From NCBI RefSeq assembly GCF_049860565.1, contig NZ_CP172056.1, forward strand, positions 2,103,543 to 2,127,542: DNA of 24,000 nucleotides, in the 5' to 3' direction. This document shows, piece after piece, positions 22,360 to 24,000 of the stretch (position 1 is the first letter of the stretch; every line of letters begins with the position of its first letter). The position numbers were made by a program, and so were the translations under genes. Under the pieces are notes generated by a model. It was given only the letters and a program-made list of their open reading frames with translations, did not search any database and was not told the origin of the DNA. This DNA is from Desulfitobacterium nosdiversum (GTDB taxonomy: Bacteria > Bacillota > Desulfitobacteriia > Desulfitobacteriales > Desulfitobacteriaceae).

Positions 22360-24000
22360 ATGGGAAGGGTTTTTACATTTTTGGTTACCTTATTGATGTT
22401 TTTTTCTTTTACTGTACAAACACAGGCATTGCCAGCAACAACCTCCACTGTAACTGCTTCAGCAGTTCATCGTTTTGCCGGATTAGACCGCTATGAAACG
22501 GCGGCAGCCATTGCTAAAGAAGGTTGGAGTCAATCGGATTATGCGATTATCGTTTGCGGTGATAATTACCCTGATGCTTTAGTTGCTGCGCCAGCCGCTC
22601 AAATGTATAAAGCCCCTATCCTTCTTTCATACAAAGATACTTTGCCACCAGTTACAAGACAGGTATTGATAAATCTAAGTGTTAAGAACGTTATCTTAAT
22701 CGGCGGGACAGGCGTTTTATCGGATAATCTTACTTCGGAGTTCATTGCGATGGGGATAACACCGAATAGATGGGCAGGTAAAGATCGTTATGAAACGTCC
22801 TTAATAGTAGCTTCACACATCAGCGATATCTCTCAAATTGCTGTAGCAACCGGTGAAGATTTTGCAGATGCTTTGTCCATTGCTTCTGTCGCAGCCCAAA
22901 AAAGTATGCCCATTCTCTTAGCTCCGCAAACTGAGATCTCTGACTCTACCCGTTCGTTTTTAAAGCAGCACAATCTAATGAAAACGTATATTATTGGCAA
23001 TCAAGAGCAAATAAGTGATGCTGTTGCGGCTCAATTTCCTAATGCGGAACGTATAATAGGTATAACTAAATATGACCGTAATATCGCCGTAGTCCAAGAG
23101 TTTAATGGAGATTTTACAGGGAACAGCGTTTATGTGGCAACGGGAAACGATTATGCAGATGCTCTAGCAGGCACAGCATTAGCGGCTCAGAATAAAGTGC
23201 CCGTCGTCTTGGTGAGTAACCCTCTGAGTGAAGCTACTCGCGTTTATCTTAATCAGTTTTTAGGGAATAAATCATTAATTATTCTGGGGGGAACAGGTGT
23301 GATTTCTGATTCTTTATTCCAGAATTCTAACCCGAACGTAACCAAGTTTAATACTGCTCCGCTTTTTGAAAGCTCTTTTATCCAATCCTGGTATTGTAAA
23401 GATTGGGACTTTACCCGTTGGCAAAATGAATTAACCATGTTAAAAGATGTTGGAATTAACGAATTGATTATTCAAAACACCTTTGATACTACTCCGGCCA
23501 ATAAAAATGCCAGTTACAAAACCACAATCCCGGGGTATCGCTCTAACTCAGTTGACCTCTTAGAGAATGCGTTAACAGCTGCTGACGCGATAGGGGTAAA
23601 AATAAGATTAGGGACTGGAGATAATGAGGATTGGTGGAGAAAAGGAGCTTCCGATTCAGTATGGTTAGCCGGTGAAGCGAATATGAACAAACAAATTGTT
23701 GATGAAATTGCGTCTAAATATACTTTTCATCCTTCATTCAGCGGCTGGTATTTATCCTACGAGATTTCAAACATTACAGCGACTACCCAGAGTGAACAGA
23801 GCAATTTAAATACTTTCTTTAAATCTATAGTCAGTGAAATGAAAGCAAAAACCTCGAATAAATCAGTAATGGTTTCTCCTTTTTACAATTCTCAATTAGG
23901 AATTCAAATAGGGGCGCAAGTTTCCCTGACTAATTGGGCTGTAACTCTTAAAAATGTGTTTAAAGGTACGGGAATAGATATTTTAGCTTTGCAAGACAGT
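22360..24000 (+). CDS. Secreted cell-wall-anchored protein: signal peptide + 3 CWB2 (cell wall binding repeat 2) modules + DUF4434-like glycoside-hydrolase-fold domain; 3' end beyond the window
   Basis: Absent from the ORF track because it has no stop in the window. I translated 22360-24000 codon by codon and found no stop. Signal peptide MGRVFTFLVTLLMFFSFTVQTQA. Three repeats each carry the (G)xDRYET / GxxYPDAL / PILL / IIGGTGVxSD pattern. The region after about nt 23340 (FIQSWYCKDWDFTRWQNELTMLKDVGINELIIQ ... GWYLSYE ... ALQD) resembles DUF4434. Confidence 0.8.
   Translation, partial: MGRVFTFLVTLLMFFSFTVQTQALPATTSTVTASAVHRFAGLDRYETAAAIAKEGWSQSDYAIIVCGDNYPDALVAAPAAQMYKAPILLSYKDTLPPVTRQVLINLSVKNVILIGGTGVLSDNLTSEFIAMGITPNRWAGKDRYETSLIVASHISDISQIAVATGEDFADALSIASVAAQKSMPILLAPQTEISDSTRSFLKQHNLMKTYIIGNQEQISDAVAAQFPNAERIIGITKYDRNIAVVQEFNGDFTGNSVYVATGNDYADALAGTALAAQNKVPVVLVSNPLSEATRVYLNQFLGNKSLIILGGTGVISDSLFQNSNPNVTKFNTAPLFESSFIQSWYCKDWDFTRWQNELTMLKDVGINELIIQNTFDTTPANKNASYKTTIPGYRSNSVDLLENALTAADAIGVKIRLGTGDNEDWWRKGASDSVWLAGEANMNKQIVDEIASKYTFHPSFSGWYLSYEISNITATTQSEQSNLNTFFKSIVSEMKAKTSNKSVMVSPFYNSQLGIQIGAQVSLTNWAVTLKNVFKGTGIDILALQDS

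Noticed and set aside
180-23438. Short ORFs antisense to, or out of frame with, the called genes. On the minus strand: 180-398, 2456-2644, 3643-3873, 6314-6643, 7158-7361, 7990-8232, 8611-8913, 11949-12140, 12400-12690, 14634-15152, 15076-15351, 15427-15612, 19975-20280, 22101-22448, 23253-23438. On the plus strand: 2548-2772, 11964-12212, 13764-14012, 14968-15168, 15634-15861, 20033-20302.
   Set aside because: All lie entirely within genes that have strong family signatures on the + strand. They lack RBSs and have low-complexity or odd composition. They are typical shadow ORFs.
1-24000. CRISPR arrays, tRNA/rRNA genes, transposases, integrases, prophage genes, toxin-antitoxin pairs or defence-island content.
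   Set aside because: I saw no regularly spaced direct repeats, no tRNA-like cloverleaf candidates in the intergenic regions, and no ORFs with recombinase, nuclease or defence signatures. Apart from the two repeat families and the orphan gene, the window is core housekeeping and sporulation content.

Overview
This window looks like chromosomal DNA from an endospore-forming Firmicute. The gene order is clostridial or Peptococcaceae-like, but that taxon guess is low confidence. All supported genes are on the + strand. Left third: a sugar or sugar-acid utilisation cluster. It holds a 5'-truncated ABC solute-binding protein, two permeases, a KDPG/KHG-type aldolase, a DUF2088/LarA-like protein, a short 6-phosphogluconate-dehydrogenase-like protein and gluconokinase, followed by a stand-alone corA. 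Middle: the conserved Firmicute block xseA-xseB-ispA-(yuiD-like)-(membrane protein)-dxs-tlyA-nadK-(YtqB/MnmM-like methyltransferase)-argR-recN. These 11 genes are packed with overlapping or near-abutting start and stop codons. They are followed by spoIVB and spo0A, each with its own terminator. Right end: a monocistronic AT-rich orphan gene, then a signal-peptide protein with three CWB2 cell-wall-binding repeats and a DUF4434-like domain that runs off the window; the ORF track does not list it. I found no tRNA, rRNA, CRISPR array, transposase, integrase or recognisable defence genes, and no convincing novel multi-gene system. The least explained signals are non-coding. (1) A roughly 190-bp internally palindromic repeat occurs twice at about 97% identity, after gntK and after recN, and the first copy supplies the last codons and stop codon of gntK. 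(2) An unrelated 243-bp rod-like imperfect palindrome starts on the stop codon of the gnd-like gene. (3) A 200-aa membrane protein sits in the ispA-dxs slot that, from memory, oapA occupies in OLE-RNA-bearing Firmicutes, yet there is no room for an OLE RNA. All homology calls rest on motif recognition by eye. No database search was possible.
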